Of a stretch of 64,000 nt of DNA, positions 48,654-59,313 are shown piece by piece. The stretch comes from Candidatus Latescibacterota bacterium (GTDB lineage Bacteria; Latescibacterota; UBA2968; GCA-2709665). The stretch spans positions 2,880,001-2,944,000 of the forward strand of contig OZ242358.1 in assembly GCA_965208835.1 (NCBI GenBank), in the 5' to 3' direction. The position numbers and the translations under genes are program-made. Below the pieces are notes generated by a model that was not told the origin of the DNA, made no database searches, and was given only the letters and a program-made list of their open reading frames with translations. How positions within the stretch are numbered: position 1 is the first letter of the stretch; every line of letters begins with the position of its first letter.

Positions 48654-49892
48654 CTATTTCAGATAAGCTGTCTCCACCTTTTCAAGAGCGGCGATGATGT
48701 CAGACACCTCCTGGTCTCCGTAGTTCTCATGGATTGGCATTGTAAAATGGCTCTCGGCGGCCTCGACCGCGTTGGGACAGGGGAAGGTGGCGTTGCGGTC
48801 GCCCCCGTAGTCGGGGAGTCCCCAGGGATAGTCGCTGTTGCCGAAGACCTTGCGTTCCCTGAACCACGCCGACTCGGACGGGATGTGCCGGTAGGATACA
48901 GACGCCGAAATGCCCTCGGCCGCCAGCGCCTTGACGAAGCCCGCCTTGTCCACGCTCAGTTTCGCTGTCTCCACGTGGAAGCGGAGGAACCAGTATACGC
49001 ACTCGGTACCGGGCACCTGCCTGCCCATGGATACGGCCTTCAGATGGTCGATGCCGTCCCGTATCGCATCTCCCGCCCTCCGACGGCTATCCGCGATTTC
49101 GCCCAGGCGGCGCAACTGCACCCGGCCGATCGCGGCGGCCAGATCGCTCCCGTTCATATTCAGGCTCGCTCTCACGTTGGAGAGACCGCTCCCTTCGAGA
49201 TTGAAAGGCTTGCCCCGATCGGAGAATCGCTTCACCCGCCAGTAGAGATCGTGATCTTTCACAAAGACCACGCCGCCCTGCGAGCCCGTGGCGTGATGCT
49301 TGCCGCTCATCGTCGAGAACGTCCCCATCGTCCCCATACTGCCCACGAGCCGTCCACGGTACTTGGCGCCATGCGCCTGCGCGCAGTCTTCGATCACCGG
49401 CAATCCGCGCGATTGGGCCAGATCCAGAATCGGATCCATGTCCGCCGGTTCCCCGGCGATGTGCGCAACGATAATCGCACGCGAATGTTCGGTCAGAACG
49501 GCCTCGATCTGTTCCGCCCCGGCGTTGAACGTGCCCGGATCCGCGTCCGCCACAACCGGTACCAGGTTCAGGAGTGCCACGGGCATGGCCCCTCCCGGAT
49601 CGGTGATTGGCGGCAAAACCACCTCGCCCGGGACCTCCAGTTCAAGGGCGCCAAGCCCCGAGTAAAGAGAAGTGGTTCCCGAGTTAACGAGGTCGGCGTA
49701 CCCGCCGCCCATGAAATCCGCGAAGTCCCGTTCGTACGCGCGTTCCTCCGGCCCATCGTACCCGAACGCGTTCCCTGAACGGATACTCTCGTCGAAGAGC
49801 GCCATCACGGCCTGCTTTTCCTCCTCTCCGAAGAGTCGCCGCGCGGGCATGGGCACTTTACGGACCTTCTCACCGCCATCGATCGCAAGCAT
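48654..49892 (-). CDS. DegT/DnrJ/EryC1/StrS PLP aminotransferase
   Basis: LAIDGG, NSGT, VIEDCAQAHGA, FSTMSGKH. Confidence 0.92.
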   Translation of the reverse strand: MLAIDGGEKVRKVPMPARRLFGEEEKQAVMALFDESIRSGNAFGYDGPEERAYERDFADFMGGGYADLVNSGTTSLYSGLGALELEVPGEVVLPPITDPGGAMPVALLNLVPVVADADPGTFNAGAEQIEAVLTEHSRAIIVAHIAGEPADMDPILDLAQSRGLPVIEDCAQAHGAKYRGRLVGSMGTMGTFSTMSGKHHATGSQGGVVFVKDHDLYWRVKRFSDRGKPFNLEGSGLSNVRASLNMNGSDLAAAIGRVQLRRLGEIADSRRRAGDAIRDGIDHLKAVSMGRQVPGTECVYWFLRFHVETAKLSVDKAGFVKALAAEGISASVSYRHIPSESAWFRERKVFGNSDYPWGLPDYGGDRNATFPCPNAVEAAESHFTMPIHENYGDQEVSDIIAALEKVETAYLK

Positions 49893-49913
49893 ACTCCTGC
49901 CTCCTTGATTTTG

Positions 49914-50879
49914 TCAGGATTTGGGCCCGGGCCCGGCAAAGGCCGTCCACAATTCAGCGATCCCCCTGCCAAGGACCCGTGCATCCGGAAAACACCGATA
50001 GACCATACTCGTGTGCGTCACCATCTCCGCGCCCGCCGCCAGGTCCGCACCATAACACCAGTCGTGCGCGGTGTCCCATCCGTGGTACTGACCGGTCAGG
50101 TAGGTCGTGTGGGCGGGGTCGCAGAGGAAAACCAGCGTGAACCCGTTGGACGAGTTCCTCGCGGCAAGGATGGGCAGGCTGAAGTCGCTTTCTTCGAGGT
50201 CCCGATGCATCCCCCTGTCCGGCTCACCGTAACGTCCATCCTGAATCATCTCGCGCGACAGGTCGTTTCGGGCGACGCCGAACGTGCGGTTGATCACCGC
50301 CCGATTGTTGAGCCGCGTCCAGGTCCGGCCCCCCTCGGCATTCACAATCGGCACCCAGGTCTCGTCGAAGACCTCGGCGATGTACGAGGCGAGAAAGATC
50401 TCGAAGCGCTGGATGTCCGCCGACGGCCGTATCGTCATCTTCAGGTCCACCGCGTCGCCGTGCGGCCGATAAACGAGGTCCATCTCCAGCCCGAAATCCG
50501 GCTCCGCGGGGAAGTGGACAGCCACGCCGTCCTGATTCAAATCGTGCGCCACCTTCCTGCCCAGGGTGAGCCGCCGCGGGTACATCACCATCCCCGATCC
50601 CGGCCTGAGATAATATTCGGCATTCAAAAGCGCCTTGCTGTGCCGAACCACGCCGGCCCTGTATCCCCGGTGCATCAGCCCGCAGATGCCGTGGTAATTC
50701 GAAAAGGGTTGAATGCCGCCCATGATCTCGCCGGTGTCGAACTCGTAACACTGAGACAGGCCGCTCCATGCAATCTGCACAACCATCCTCCGGAGTTCGG
50801 GACGCGGCCCGCCTGGCGTCAACCGCCAGGCGACGGATACCCTTTTTCCTTCCGTCGACGTGAAAATCCCGGCAGACAC
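49914..50879 (-). CDS. Hypothetical protein (beta-rich, possibly mutarotase-like fold)
   Basis: Long ORF with coding-like codon bias, co-oriented with the aminotransferase; start uncertain. Confidence 0.6.
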   Translation of the reverse strand: MSAGIFTSTEGKRVSVAWRLTPGGPRPELRRMVVQIAWSGLSQCYEFDTGEIMGGIQPFSNYHGICGLMHRGYRAGVVRHSKALLNAEYYLRPGSGMVMYPRRLTLGRKVAHDLNQDGVAVHFPAEPDFGLEMDLVYRPHGDAVDLKMTIRPSADIQRFEIFLASYIAEVFDETWVPIVNAEGGRTWTRLNNRAVINRTFGVARNDLSREMIQDGRYGEPDRGMHRDLEESDFSLPILAARNSSNGFTLVFLCDPAHTTYLTGQYHGWDTAHDWCYGADLAAGAEMVTHTSMVYRCFPDARVLGRGIAELWTAFAGPGPKS

Positions 50880-51123
50880 GCGCTATTCAATCCGGACGCC
50901 CGCCGACTCGCCGACTCCATCGGGGAAACATGAAAGAAAACCGGCGCCCGCAATCGGGTCTTGCCTTCGGGCGCCTGTCGACTGCAAGATAATAACCTGG
51001 GGGGTCAATGCAACCGGATTCTGGACACGAAAATAGCGCGGGAATGGAGTCCCCGCGCCAGTTCGAAATTGTGTCTTTTCGGTTGCTAAGTCGACGATGC
51101 AGGCGAAATCCGGTACTGCCCGC

Positions 51124-51810
51124 TCACTCCCGGGTTTTTGCCGTATCCGCCACCGCACCCAGATTCAGGTTCAGCGGGCCGGACGTATCCCGCTTTGCAT
51201 CGATCAGAACCGGAGACGCTGGCGCTGATCCGGAAGGAGCATCCACGCCCACGTCGATATCCGGACCCGTCGTGTCCGCCGCGGCCGGCTCCGGCGTCCG
51301 GCCCCAGAAGTCGGGCGTTGCGTTCAGATAATAGGTGATATTGTTATTGGTCAGATATACCGTTTTACCGGACCCGATACGCACATAATTCTTGCTCCAG
51401 TCCCGCCTGGACTGGCCGAACACGAAAGCGGCCAGTTCCGCACCCCCCGCGTTCCTAACGGACAACCGGGTCCCGGCTGAATCGTCCACCGAATAGACGT
51501 TCCACCGGTCCGCGTTCCGGGTCATCAGGGTCGTGCGCTCGACCTTTAACACCCTGTCGAACAGATTGTCAATCGGCGCCTCCCGCACCTCCAGGGAATC
51601 GTGGCCCACAAGCCGCCACACGTCGCCGTCGAGCCGCAGTTCAACGCGTTCGTCCCCGCGTTCGATCACGACCTGCTGAACGTCGTCCCTGCTTCCCTCA
51701 TAAATCCGCGTGCCGGAAGCGGTATGCCTCGTCTTGGAAAACTGAACGTAAGCGACGCCGGCGGCCAGCGCCAGAATCACAATCAGCCACAACCTGAACC
51801 GTTTAACCAT
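51124..51810 (-). CDS. DUF4340-like protein
   Basis: N-terminal TM, W-R-L and YVR motifs; usual position after gldG-like genes. Confidence 0.7.
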   Translation of the reverse strand: MVKRFRLWLIVILALAAGVAYVQFSKTRHTASGTRIYEGSRDDVQQVVIERGDERVELRLDGDVWRLVGHDSLEVREAPIDNLFDRVLKVERTTLMTRNADRWNVYSVDDSAGTRLSVRNAGGAELAAFVFGQSRRDWSKNYVRIGSGKTVYLTNNNITYYLNATPDFWGRTPEPAAADTTGPDIDVGVDAPSGSAPASPVLIDAKRDTSGPLNLNLGAVADTAKTRE

Positions 51811-53305
51811 ATTGCTCCTCCAACATCCTTGCGCGCCCGGCTTCCCGTCGCCATCTCAGCAGCCCGTACGCAACAATCAGAACCGGCGGCAGCAAGACAT
51901 TCAGCCATTTCCAGCGCGCCTTCTCGGTGTCGCCGAGTTCCGCGAGAGGGCGGGTCGTAATCTCCCGGGAGCGGAGCGCCACCAGATCGCTGTCGCCCAT
52001 CAGGAAATCGGCGACATTCGCAATAAGGACGAAATTCTCCGGAAAAGTCCCCCCCGATTCGTCTTCGAACAGACCGGAATCACCCACCAGAACGACCTGG
52101 CTCACTCCCTGAGGACCTTCCCGCTGCGCCAGCGCCCCCACCACCTTTCCCTGTTGATTTAACGTATTGAAGAACGGATTCTCCAGAGGCCGCAGATTGA
52201 AGAACCCGGTCATCACGCCGGACCGGTCGGACGTATACATGAGTGGCGTGGTCTGCGCGGCGCCGGCGGCCGAGTCGGCGAGCGCAATCTCGCTGCTGAA
52301 GAGCAGCCGCACCTGTTCGAGTCCGTCCACCGTCAGATGCTCGCCGAAGCGGTGTACCACCGGGAAGAACGGATACTGTATCTGGGAACTCATTTGAAGG
52401 AACCCATGGCGCTGGCTGATGGTGATCGCACTGCACCGCTGGTCCAGCACCAGGTTTTCCTTAACCTGCAGGCCCATCGATTCAAGGAATTCAAACAGAT
52501 TAGACTGTATCGGCGTGCCACGTTGACCGTTCAAGTCGCCCGTGACCCGACCCTGACCGATGAACAGATTGCCCCCGCGATCCGCGAACGCGTTCAGGTT
52601 CCTGAGCTCATCCTCGCTCAGCGAATCCGTCACGCCGCCGATCATCAGCAGACCGATGTCATCGGGCACCGGCGAGGCCAGTCTGACGTTCCGGACGAGG
52701 TACGACTGCTGCAGCACGGCGGAAACGTTGCGAACCCGGGGCGGCTCGGAGCCGATGATCGCAAATGCCAACGCCTGTTTTTCAGTATCGATTAGCTTTT
52801 TGATCTGCGTGGTGATTTCATACTCGAGGCCGGTTGTGCTTTCAATCACCGGGATGACCTCACGTCCGTCTCCATAGAGAAATACCATCCCCATGTAGAC
52901 CCGCTTCACTTCCAGTTTGTCGTTCTCGACCACCTGGAGCTGAACGGGCTGAATCCCGTATTTCCGCGCTTCGTCCGCCAGCGTCTGGTCGTCTTCCGGC
53001 CGGAAGAACTCGAAACGCACGCGGCCCCCGCCGAACGCTTCGTATTCCTCCAGAATATCCTGCAGGTATCGCCGGTTGTTGCCGTACTGGGCCGGAAGGT
53101 TGTCCGTAAAGTAGACTTTCATCGTCAACAGATCTTCAACCTGCGCCACCACCCGTTTGCTCGAATCGGAAAGCGAATAGATCCCGTTCGCAGTCAGGTC
53201 CAGGCGAAAGAACAGGTCTCTGGACACGAAATTCAGGGCCGCGACGACGACGACCGCCAACAGCAGATAGATGGTGAACGAACGTCTATTGTGAACCGCA
53301 AGCAT
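51803..53305 (-). CDS. GldG-family ABC transporter auxiliary component
   Basis: RLDLT..YSLS, YGIQPVQ, LEYEIT, N..DFL.GD..L..LR, C-terminal TM. Confidence 0.85.
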   Translation of the reverse strand: MLAVHNRRSFTIYLLLAVVVVAALNFVSRDLFFRLDLTANGIYSLSDSSKRVVAQVEDLLTMKVYFTDNLPAQYGNNRRYLQDILEEYEAFGGGRVRFEFFRPEDDQTLADEARKYGIQPVQLQVVENDKLEVKRVYMGMVFLYGDGREVIPVIESTTGLEYEITTQIKKLIDTEKQALAFAIIGSEPPRVRNVSAVLQQSYLVRNVRLASPVPDDIGLLMIGGVTDSLSEDELRNLNAFADRGGNLFIGQGRVTGDLNGQRGTPIQSNLFEFLESMGLQVKENLVLDQRCSAITISQRHGFLQMSSQIQYPFFPVVHRFGEHLTVDGLEQVRLLFSSEIALADSAAGAAQTTPLMYTSDRSGVMTGFFNLRPLENPFFNTLNQQGKVVGALAQREGPQGVSQVVLVGDSGLFEDESGGTFPENFVLIANVADFLMGDSDLVALRSREITTRPLAELGDTEKARWKWLNVLLPPVLIVAYGLLRWRREAGRARMLEEQYG

Positions 53306-53308
53306 CGA

Positions 53309-54022
53309 CTACCTCCACTTTCTCATTTCCAGAACCCGCAGGGTGAGCGCCAGAAACAGCCAGATCATCCCCGCAAAATAGACAAGGTTCCTGGAATCCA
53401 CGACACCCCTTGCGATATTCGACAAATGGAAGTCCACACTGATGTATTGCGCGATTGTCGCCAGCCCCGCCGGGATGAACAGCAGCAGCTTGTCCAGCAG
53501 GAAAAACACCATAATGATCGCAAGCGCGATAATCAGCGAAACCACCTGGTTTTCCGCCAGACTGCTTGCAAACGTCCCCACGGCAGCGTAGAATGCGCCC
53601 ACGAGGACCAGGCCCACGTATCCGGTCATCACCGCGCCGACATCGACGTGCGTGCCAACGGCCAGGAGCGTGAGGAAATGCACCAGCGTAAACAGCAGCC
53701 CCACAACGATCAGACTCACGGCCGCCAGGTATTTGCCGGTTACGAATTCAATGTCCTGGATCGGCATGGTTGACAGGACTTCCATGGTGCCCAGGTTTTT
53801 TTCCCTTGCGATCAGCCCCATGGAAATGGCCGGCACGAAGAACAGGAAGACCAGCGGTACAATGTTGAAGAGCGCGCGCATATCGGACTGACCGATAAGG
53901 AAGAACGTGCTCGTGAAGAAGTACCCGCTCAGAACCGCGAAAATGACCAGAAAGATGTAGGCCATGGGGCTGTTGAAATAGGAACGGAGTTCCTTCAGAT
54001 AGATCGCCTTCGTATTACGCAT
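53309..54022 (-). CDS. GldF-family ABC-2 permease
   Basis: KELRSYFNSP.AY, PAISM..IAREK..GTMEVL.T.P, GKYLA, NQVVS, RGVVD. Confidence 0.88.
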   Translation of the reverse strand: MRNTKAIYLKELRSYFNSPMAYIFLVIFAVLSGYFFTSTFFLIGQSDMRALFNIVPLVFLFFVPAISMGLIAREKNLGTMEVLSTMPIQDIEFVTGKYLAAVSLIVVGLLFTLVHFLTLLAVGTHVDVGAVMTGYVGLVLVGAFYAAVGTFASSLAENQVVSLIIALAIIMVFFLLDKLLLFIPAGLATIAQYISVDFHLSNIARGVVDSRNLVYFAGMIWLFLALTLRVLEMRKWR

Positions 54023-54959
54023 TGGACGCCCCCTCCCCCGTGAGATTCCTGAATACGTCCTCCAGCTGAACCCGAGCCTGGCTCATTTCCAGGATCACCC
54101 ATCCCTGGTCCCTGGCATAGTGGAAAATTCGTTCCCTGGGATCCGTGTCGCGGTCGTACTCAAGGACCAGCGTTCGAGATCCGTTATTCTCGGCCACATC
54201 TGAAAGCGAAACCCCCTGCAGCTGTTCGGGCAGCCCCTGCACGCTCTCCTCCTCGGCCTGTTTGACCTCCAGCGTCAATTGCGTCTGACCCCTGAAGCTG
54301 GACATCAGTTCCTCGCGAAGCCCGTCAGCCACGATTTCACCGTTGTGAATGATGATGATCCGGTCCACGGTCGCTTCGATTTCCTGCAGGATGTGGCTTG
54401 ACATAATCAACGTCTTTTCGCGCCCGAGCGAACGGATCAACTCGCGGATTTCCACGATCTGGTTGGGATCGAGCCCGGTCACGGGTTCGTCCAGAATCAG
54501 TATATCCGGATCGTGCAGCATTGCCGTTGCCAGGCCGATTCGCTGCTTGTACCCCTTGGAGCACTCCTGCACGGCCCGGTGGACGACGCCCGCAAGCCCG
54601 CACTGCTCGACGACGCGATCCAGCGCCTGCCGGAACGCGCGCCCCTCCATGCGCCGGATCGTCGCAATAAACGAAAGCAGGTCGTAAACGATCATTTCAC
54701 CGTAAAGCGGATTCAACTCCGGCAGGTACCCCACACGCCTTCGGATCTCCAGCGAATCGTCGACGATGTTCATATCGTCCACGAAAACGTCGCCGGCGGT
54801 TGCCGACAGAAACCCGGTCATCACCTTCAGCGTGGTTGACTTGCCGGCGCCGTTCTCACCCAGGAATCCCAGAATTTCGCCATCGTTGACCTGGAAGCTG
54901 ATGTCCCGAACGGCCTGGACGTCACCGTAGTTCTTGACTAGGTTCTCCACCCGGATCAT
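54015..54959 (-). CDS. GldA-family ABC ATP-binding protein
   Basis: GENGAGKST, GYLPE.NPLY, SKGYKQR, ILDEP.TGLDPNQI. Confidence 0.92.
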   Translation of the reverse strand: MIRVENLVKNYGDVQAVRDISFQVNDGEILGFLGENGAGKSTTLKVMTGFLSATAGDVFVDDMNIVDDSLEIRRRVGYLPELNPLYGEMIVYDLLSFIATIRRMEGRAFRQALDRVVEQCGLAGVVHRAVQECSKGYKQRIGLATAMLHDPDILILDEPVTGLDPNQIVEIRELIRSLGREKTLIMSSHILQEIEATVDRIIIIHNGEIVADGLREELMSSFRGQTQLTLEVKQAEEESVQGLPEQLQGVSLSDVAENNGSRTLVLEYDRDTDPRERIFHYARDQGWVILEMSQARVQLEDVFRNLTGEGASNA

Positions 54960-55175
54960 GCACGGTCCTCCTTCAACCCATGTTACCGGAATACACCTGA
55001 CGCACTTGAATTCGACCGGAAAATTAAAAAAAAAAACCGGATCGTGTCAAGCCCCCGAGCAGAAAAACGCGCCGGTGCGGGTCTGCTGCGCCTCAAGCGG
55101 CAGAGCCTGGACCCATGTTTCCGGTGCGCTTCAGCAAGAGCGTGACGACGAATTTATAAGGTTACTTGATTTTCC

Positions 55176-55204
55176 TTGACACGCCTTTACAAATCCTGTA
55201 ATAT
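55176..55204 (+). promoter_or_regulatory. Putative sigma70 promoter of the ilvN-leu operon
   Basis: TTGACA-N17-TAATAT. Confidence 0.65.
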
Positions 55205-55251
55205 TCGTATTTTAAGATCAGGATGGTCGGATCCAAATGGAGAGTGCGACG

Positions 55252-55410
55252 ATGATTCCTTACACCCCCACCTGCGCACCAGTGTCCTCCGGCGCCTGCC
55301 CCTTCCCGGCACCGCGCCCTACCACGGCGCACGCCGTCGCACGTACGCGAATTCTTGTTCTCCCCGCATCCTCAAGCCTCTTACTGTCCGCCATCCTTCC
55401 GGACAATTGA
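55252..55410 (+). CDS. Putative 52-aa leader peptide of the branched-chain amino acid operon
   Basis: GGAG upstream; MIPYTPT...[22 protein letters not shown]; lies between the promoter and ilvN. Confidence 0.45.
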   Translation: MIPYTPTCAPVSSGACPFPAPRPTTAHAVARTRILVLPASSSLLLSAILPDN

Positions 55411-55537
55411 ACGCACACAAGAGGCTCTCTTCCAAGTCGAATCCCCTGTAAAATCAGAAAATACCGATCCCGGAACGAGCCTCTCGGGCAATCGCCAGGT
55501 TCTTGCCCTGTCATATGCTTGCCAAGAGGAACGAACA

Positions 55538-56050
55538 ATGCCGACACGACACACCATTTCCGCACTGGTCGAGAACCATTTCGGCGTTCTTTGCCGCATC
55601 TCAGGCCTGTTTTCTAGCCGAGGTTTCAACATCGACAGTCTCTCCGTCGGTGAAACCGAAGATCCCACGATTTCGCGTATGACCATTGTCGTGCAGGGCG
55701 ACGACCGCGTGCTGGAGCAGGTGGTCAAGCAACTCAACCGGCTGGTCGACGTCATCCGGGTCATCGACATCACGCAGGGTGAATTCGTCGAACGCGAACT
55801 GGCGCTCATCAACGTGAAAACCCGAATCGACACACGTTCCGAAATCATCCAGATCGCGGAAATCTTCAGGGCGGGCGTCGTGGATGTGAGTACCAACTCA
55901 ATGACCATCGAAGTCACCGGAAAAGAGGACAAGATCGGGGCGATGATCAACATGCTTCGGGATTACGGAATCAACGAAATCGCAAGGACCGGCACGGTCG
56001 CGCTTCTGCGCGACTCCCAGACGAAGCAGGTTGCCGGGGGCGGGGACTGA
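55538..56050 (+). CDS. ilvN: Acetolactate synthase small (regulatory) subunit
   Basis: [45 protein letters not shown]. Confidence 0.95.
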   Translation: MPTRHTISALVENHFGVLCRISGLFSSRGFNIDSLSVGETEDPTISRMTIVVQGDDRVLEQVVKQLNRLVDVIRVIDITQGEFVERELALINVKTRIDTRSEIIQIAEIFRAGVVDVSTNSMTIEVTGKEDKIGAMINMLRDYGINEIARTGTVALLRDSQTKQVAGGGD

Positions 56051-56179
56051 TGTTCTGACCCGAAGATATCTAACCTTTCAGCAGACGATTCATCCCGTCT
56101 CGACGGTCGAATTCAGGCAACCTATTTCCGGGTCAGAACAATGGCACGACGCACCGCACGCAGGAGGCGATAGCACCCC

Positions 56180-57724
56180 ATGGATAATCAAGACCGTGTC
56201 GTCATCTTCGACACCACGCTGCGTGACGCCGAACAGACGCCCGGCGCGAAACTTTCGGTTCGGGAGAAGATCGAAATCGCCCAACAGCTGGGCAAGCTGA
56301 GAGTCGACGTCATCGAAGCCGGCTTCCCCATCTCGTCCGATGAGGATTTTGAAGCGGTACGGCGAATCGGACAGGAAGTCGAAGGGCCGACCGTTTGCGG
56401 CCTTGCCAGAGCCGTAATGAAGGATATCGACCGGGCCGGCGAGGCGCTCAGTGGCGCCGCCGGACCCAGAATCCACACCTTCATCGGTACCTCGCCGAAC
56501 CACATCTCCATGATCGGCAAGTCTCCCGACGAAGTGCTCGGAATGGCCGTCGATGCCGTCAAGAGGGCCCGGGCGTACGTCGACGACGTGGAATTCTCTC
56601 CCATGGATGCCGCACGTACCGAACCCGATTATCTCTATGCCGTCATCGAGGCAACGATCGAGGCCGGCGCCTCCACTGTCAATATTCCCGATACCGTCGG
56701 TTATGCCGTACCCGAACAATTCGGCGGGCTGATTCGCAATATCCGCGAAAATGTCCCGAATATCAACCGGGCCGTTATCAGCGTACATTGTCACGACGAC
56801 CTCGGCATGGCGGTCATCAACAGCCTTACAGCCATCCGCAACGGCGCCCGGCAGGCGGAATGTACCGTTAACGGTCTGGGTGAACGCGCCGGAAACGCCT
56901 CGCTTGAGGAAATCGTAATGGCAATCCGCACCCGGGGCGACTATTACGAGCTTTATACGAATATAGATTCCAGGGAGATCTGTCCGACAAGCCGGCTCGT
57001 CAGCCGCCTGATGGGAATCCCCGTCGCCCCGAACAAGGCCATTGTGGGCGCCAACGCCTTCGCGCACAGTTCCGGTATACACCAGGACGGCGTCCTTAAG
57101 AACCGTGCGAATTTTGAAATCATCGACCCGAAGGACGTGGGACTCGAGGCAACGAGCATCGTGCTCACGGCAAGATCGGGGCGGCACGCCCTTCGACACC
57201 GCCTCGAAGAACTGGGATACCACCTCGATCAGAATGACCTGAACAAGGCGTACGAGCGATTCCTGACGGTGGCAGACAAGAAAAAGGAAGTGTACGACGA
57301 AGACCTGATGGCGATCGTCGAGGACGAGATCCGGGACATCCCGGAGAAATACCAACTCTTGTACATGCACACCACAAGCGGCACCGGTACCATTCCCTCC
57401 GCCACCGTGCGGATCAGCGTGGACGGTGAAAGCGAAATCCAGGAGTCCGCGTGGGGCGACGGCCCTGTAGACGCCACCTACAAGGCCATCGCGAACGCCA
57501 CCTCGACCGACGCCAAGGTCGACGAATACCACATCCGCTCCGTCACGCACGGCGCGGAAGCGATGGGCGAAGTTACGGTCAAGGTCAGCCAGAAGGAAGA
57601 CGACGCCACCGGAAGGGGCGCATCCACGGACATTATCCAGGCCAGCGCGAAAGCCTACATCAATGCGCTGAACCATCTGGCCCTGCGCGCGGGCGTACGG
57701 CGACATCGAACAGAAGCGGTATAA
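56180..57724 (+). CDS. leuA: 2-isopropylmalate synthase
   Basis: [40 protein letters not shown]. Confidence 0.96.
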   Translation: MDNQDRVVIFDTTLRDAEQTPGAKLSVREKIEIAQQLGKLRVDVIEAGFPISSDEDFEAVRRIGQEVEGPTVCGLARAVMKDIDRAGEALSGAAGPRIHTFIGTSPNHISMIGKSPDEVLGMAVDAVKRARAYVDDVEFSPMDAARTEPDYLYAVIEATIEAGASTVNIPDTVGYAVPEQFGGLIRNIRENVPNINRAVISVHCHDDLGMAVINSLTAIRNGARQAECTVNGLGERAGNASLEEIVMAIRTRGDYYELYTNIDSREICPTSRLVSRLMGIPVAPNKAIVGANAFAHSSGIHQDGVLKNRANFEIIDPKDVGLEATSIVLTARSGRHALRHRLEELGYHLDQNDLNKAYERFLTVADKKKEVYDEDLMAIVEDEIRDIPEKYQLLYMHTTSGTGTIPSATVRISVDGESEIQESAWGDGPVDATYKAIANATSTDAKVDEYHIRSVTHGAEAMGEVTVKVSQKEDDATGRGASTDIIQASAKAYINALNHLALRAGVRRHRTEAV

Positions 57725-57823
57725 CAGCCCGTAGGGAAAGCCCATCCGGGCTGCGGCCGGCCCTTGCGGTCGAAATACTGCGTTGCGCGGCCTCGCCTGC
57801 AGAGCGACTTTTCCAACGGGCTG
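57725..57823. mobile_element. MITE family B, copy 3 (99 bp, internally deleted)
   Basis: CAGCCCGTAGGGAAAGCCCATCCGGGC...CCTCGCCTGCAGAGCGACTTTTCCAACGGGCTG; begins right after the leuA TAA. Confidence 0.8.
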
Positions 57824-57900
57824 AAGAGCAGCCCGTTTTCCGGACGAACCGACGCCGTTTCCGGCGTCTGAAATACAATTCGCGGAGGTCGACACCACTC

Positions 57901-59304
57901 ATGGGCAAGAGTCTGTTTTACAAGGTGTGGGACGCCCACGCCGTTCGCGAGCTTCCGTCGGGACAGACCCAACTCTTTATCGGCCTGCATCTGATTCATG
58001 AGGTCACCAGCCCGCAGGCGTTCCAGATGATGCGTGAACGCGGCCTCAAAGTGGCATATCCCGAGCGCACCTATGCCACCGTAGACCATATTGTCCCCAC
58101 CGATATCCGTACCCGTCCGCTGATGGACACCATGGCGGAGGAGATGCTCGGCGCGATCGAGGTAAACACTCGGGAGTTCGATATACCGCTTTTCAATCTT
58201 CACGACGACCGCCAGGGCATCGTCCATATCATCGGACCTGAACTCGGGCTCACGCAGCCGGGCATGACCATCGCCTGCGGGGACAGCCACACGTCGACAC
58301 ACGGGGCGTTCGGCGCCATCGCCTTCGGCATCGGAACGTCTCAGGTGCGCGACGTGCTGGCCACGCAGTGCCTGGCCATGCATCCGCTCAAGGTCCGTCG
58401 CATCGAAGTGACCGGCAGCCTCTCCAGCGGCGTCTACGCGAAAGACGTCATCCTCAACATCATCCGTCGTCTGGGCGTCAAGGGCGGCGTCGGCTACGCC
58501 TATGAATACGCCGGACCGGTTGTCGACGGATTGAGTATGGAAGAACGCATGTCCATCTGCAACATGTCCATCGAAGGCGGCGCACGCGCGGGATACGTCA
58601 ACCCGGACCGGACCACATTCGACTATCTCAGGGGCCGGGCATATTCGCCGTCCAATGGCGGGTTCGAACGGGCCGTAGACTGGTGGAAGTCCATGGCATC
58701 GGATACCGACGCCAGCTACGACGATGTTTTCGAGCTGGACGGGTCAGCGCTCGAACCTACGGTTACGTGGGGCATCACACCCGGCCAGGGCGTTTATGTC
58801 TCCGAAAAGATCCCCGCACTGCGGGATCTTCGCGACGACGAACGGGATGTCGCCGCTGAAGCCTACGAATACATGGATTTCGACGCCGGAAGCCCGATCG
58901 CGGGCACGCCCATCGACGTCGCGTTCATCGGTTCCTGCACCAACGGCCGGATTTCCGACCTCCGGGAGGCTGCCGGCATCGTGAAGGGCAACCGTGTGTC
59001 CGACAGCGTCAAGGCCCTTGTGGTGCCCGGCTCCGATGCGGTACGCAGGAACGCGGAAGCCGAAGGCCTGCACGAGATCTTCCGCGAAGCAGGGTTCGAG
59101 TGGCGGGACGCCGGCTGTTCCATGTGCCTGGCCATGAACCCGGACAAGCTGCAGCACCGCCAGATATGCGCCTCCTCCAGCAACCGGAATTTCAAAGGCC
59201 GCCAGGGCAGTCCGACCGGCCGCACCCTTCTGATGAGTCCTGCGATGGTCGCGGCCGCGGCCGTTTCAGGTGAAGTAACGGACGTGCGCGCCATGTTGGC
59301 GTGA
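57901..59304 (+). CDS. leuC: 3-isopropylmalate dehydratase large subunit
   Basis: [49 protein letters not shown]. Confidence 0.96.
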   Translation: MGKSLFYKVWDAHAVRELPSGQTQLFIGLHLIHEVTSPQAFQMMRERGLKVAYPERTYATVDHIVPTDIRTRPLMDTMAEEMLGAIEVNTREFDIPLFNLHDDRQGIVHIIGPELGLTQPGMTIACGDSHTSTHGAFGAIAFGIGTSQVRDVLATQCLAMHPLKVRRIEVTGSLSSGVYAKDVILNIIRRLGVKGGVGYAYEYAGPVVDGLSMEERMSICNMSIEGGARAGYVNPDRTTFDYLRGRAYSPSNGGFERAVDWWKSMASDTDASYDDVFELDGSALEPTVTWGITPGQGVYVSEKIPALRDLRDDERDVAAEAYEYMDFDAGSPIAGTPIDVAFIGSCTNGRISDLREAAGIVKGNRVSDSVKALVVPGSDAVRRNAEAEGLHEIFREAGFEWRDAGCSMCLAMNPDKLQHRQICASSSNRNFKGRQGSPTGRTLLMSPAMVAAAAVSGEVTDVRAMLA

Positions 59305-59313
59305 AAGGACCCG

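Noticed and set aside
56090-57898. 602-aa minus-strand ORF (likewise 16848-18122, 30982-32211, 60967-62349)
   Set aside because: Antisense to well-supported genes; explained by codon bias.
57451-57900. 150-aa N-terminal extension of LeuC in the ORF track
   Set aside because: It overlaps leuA and reads through a MITE; LeuC homology begins at ATG 57901.
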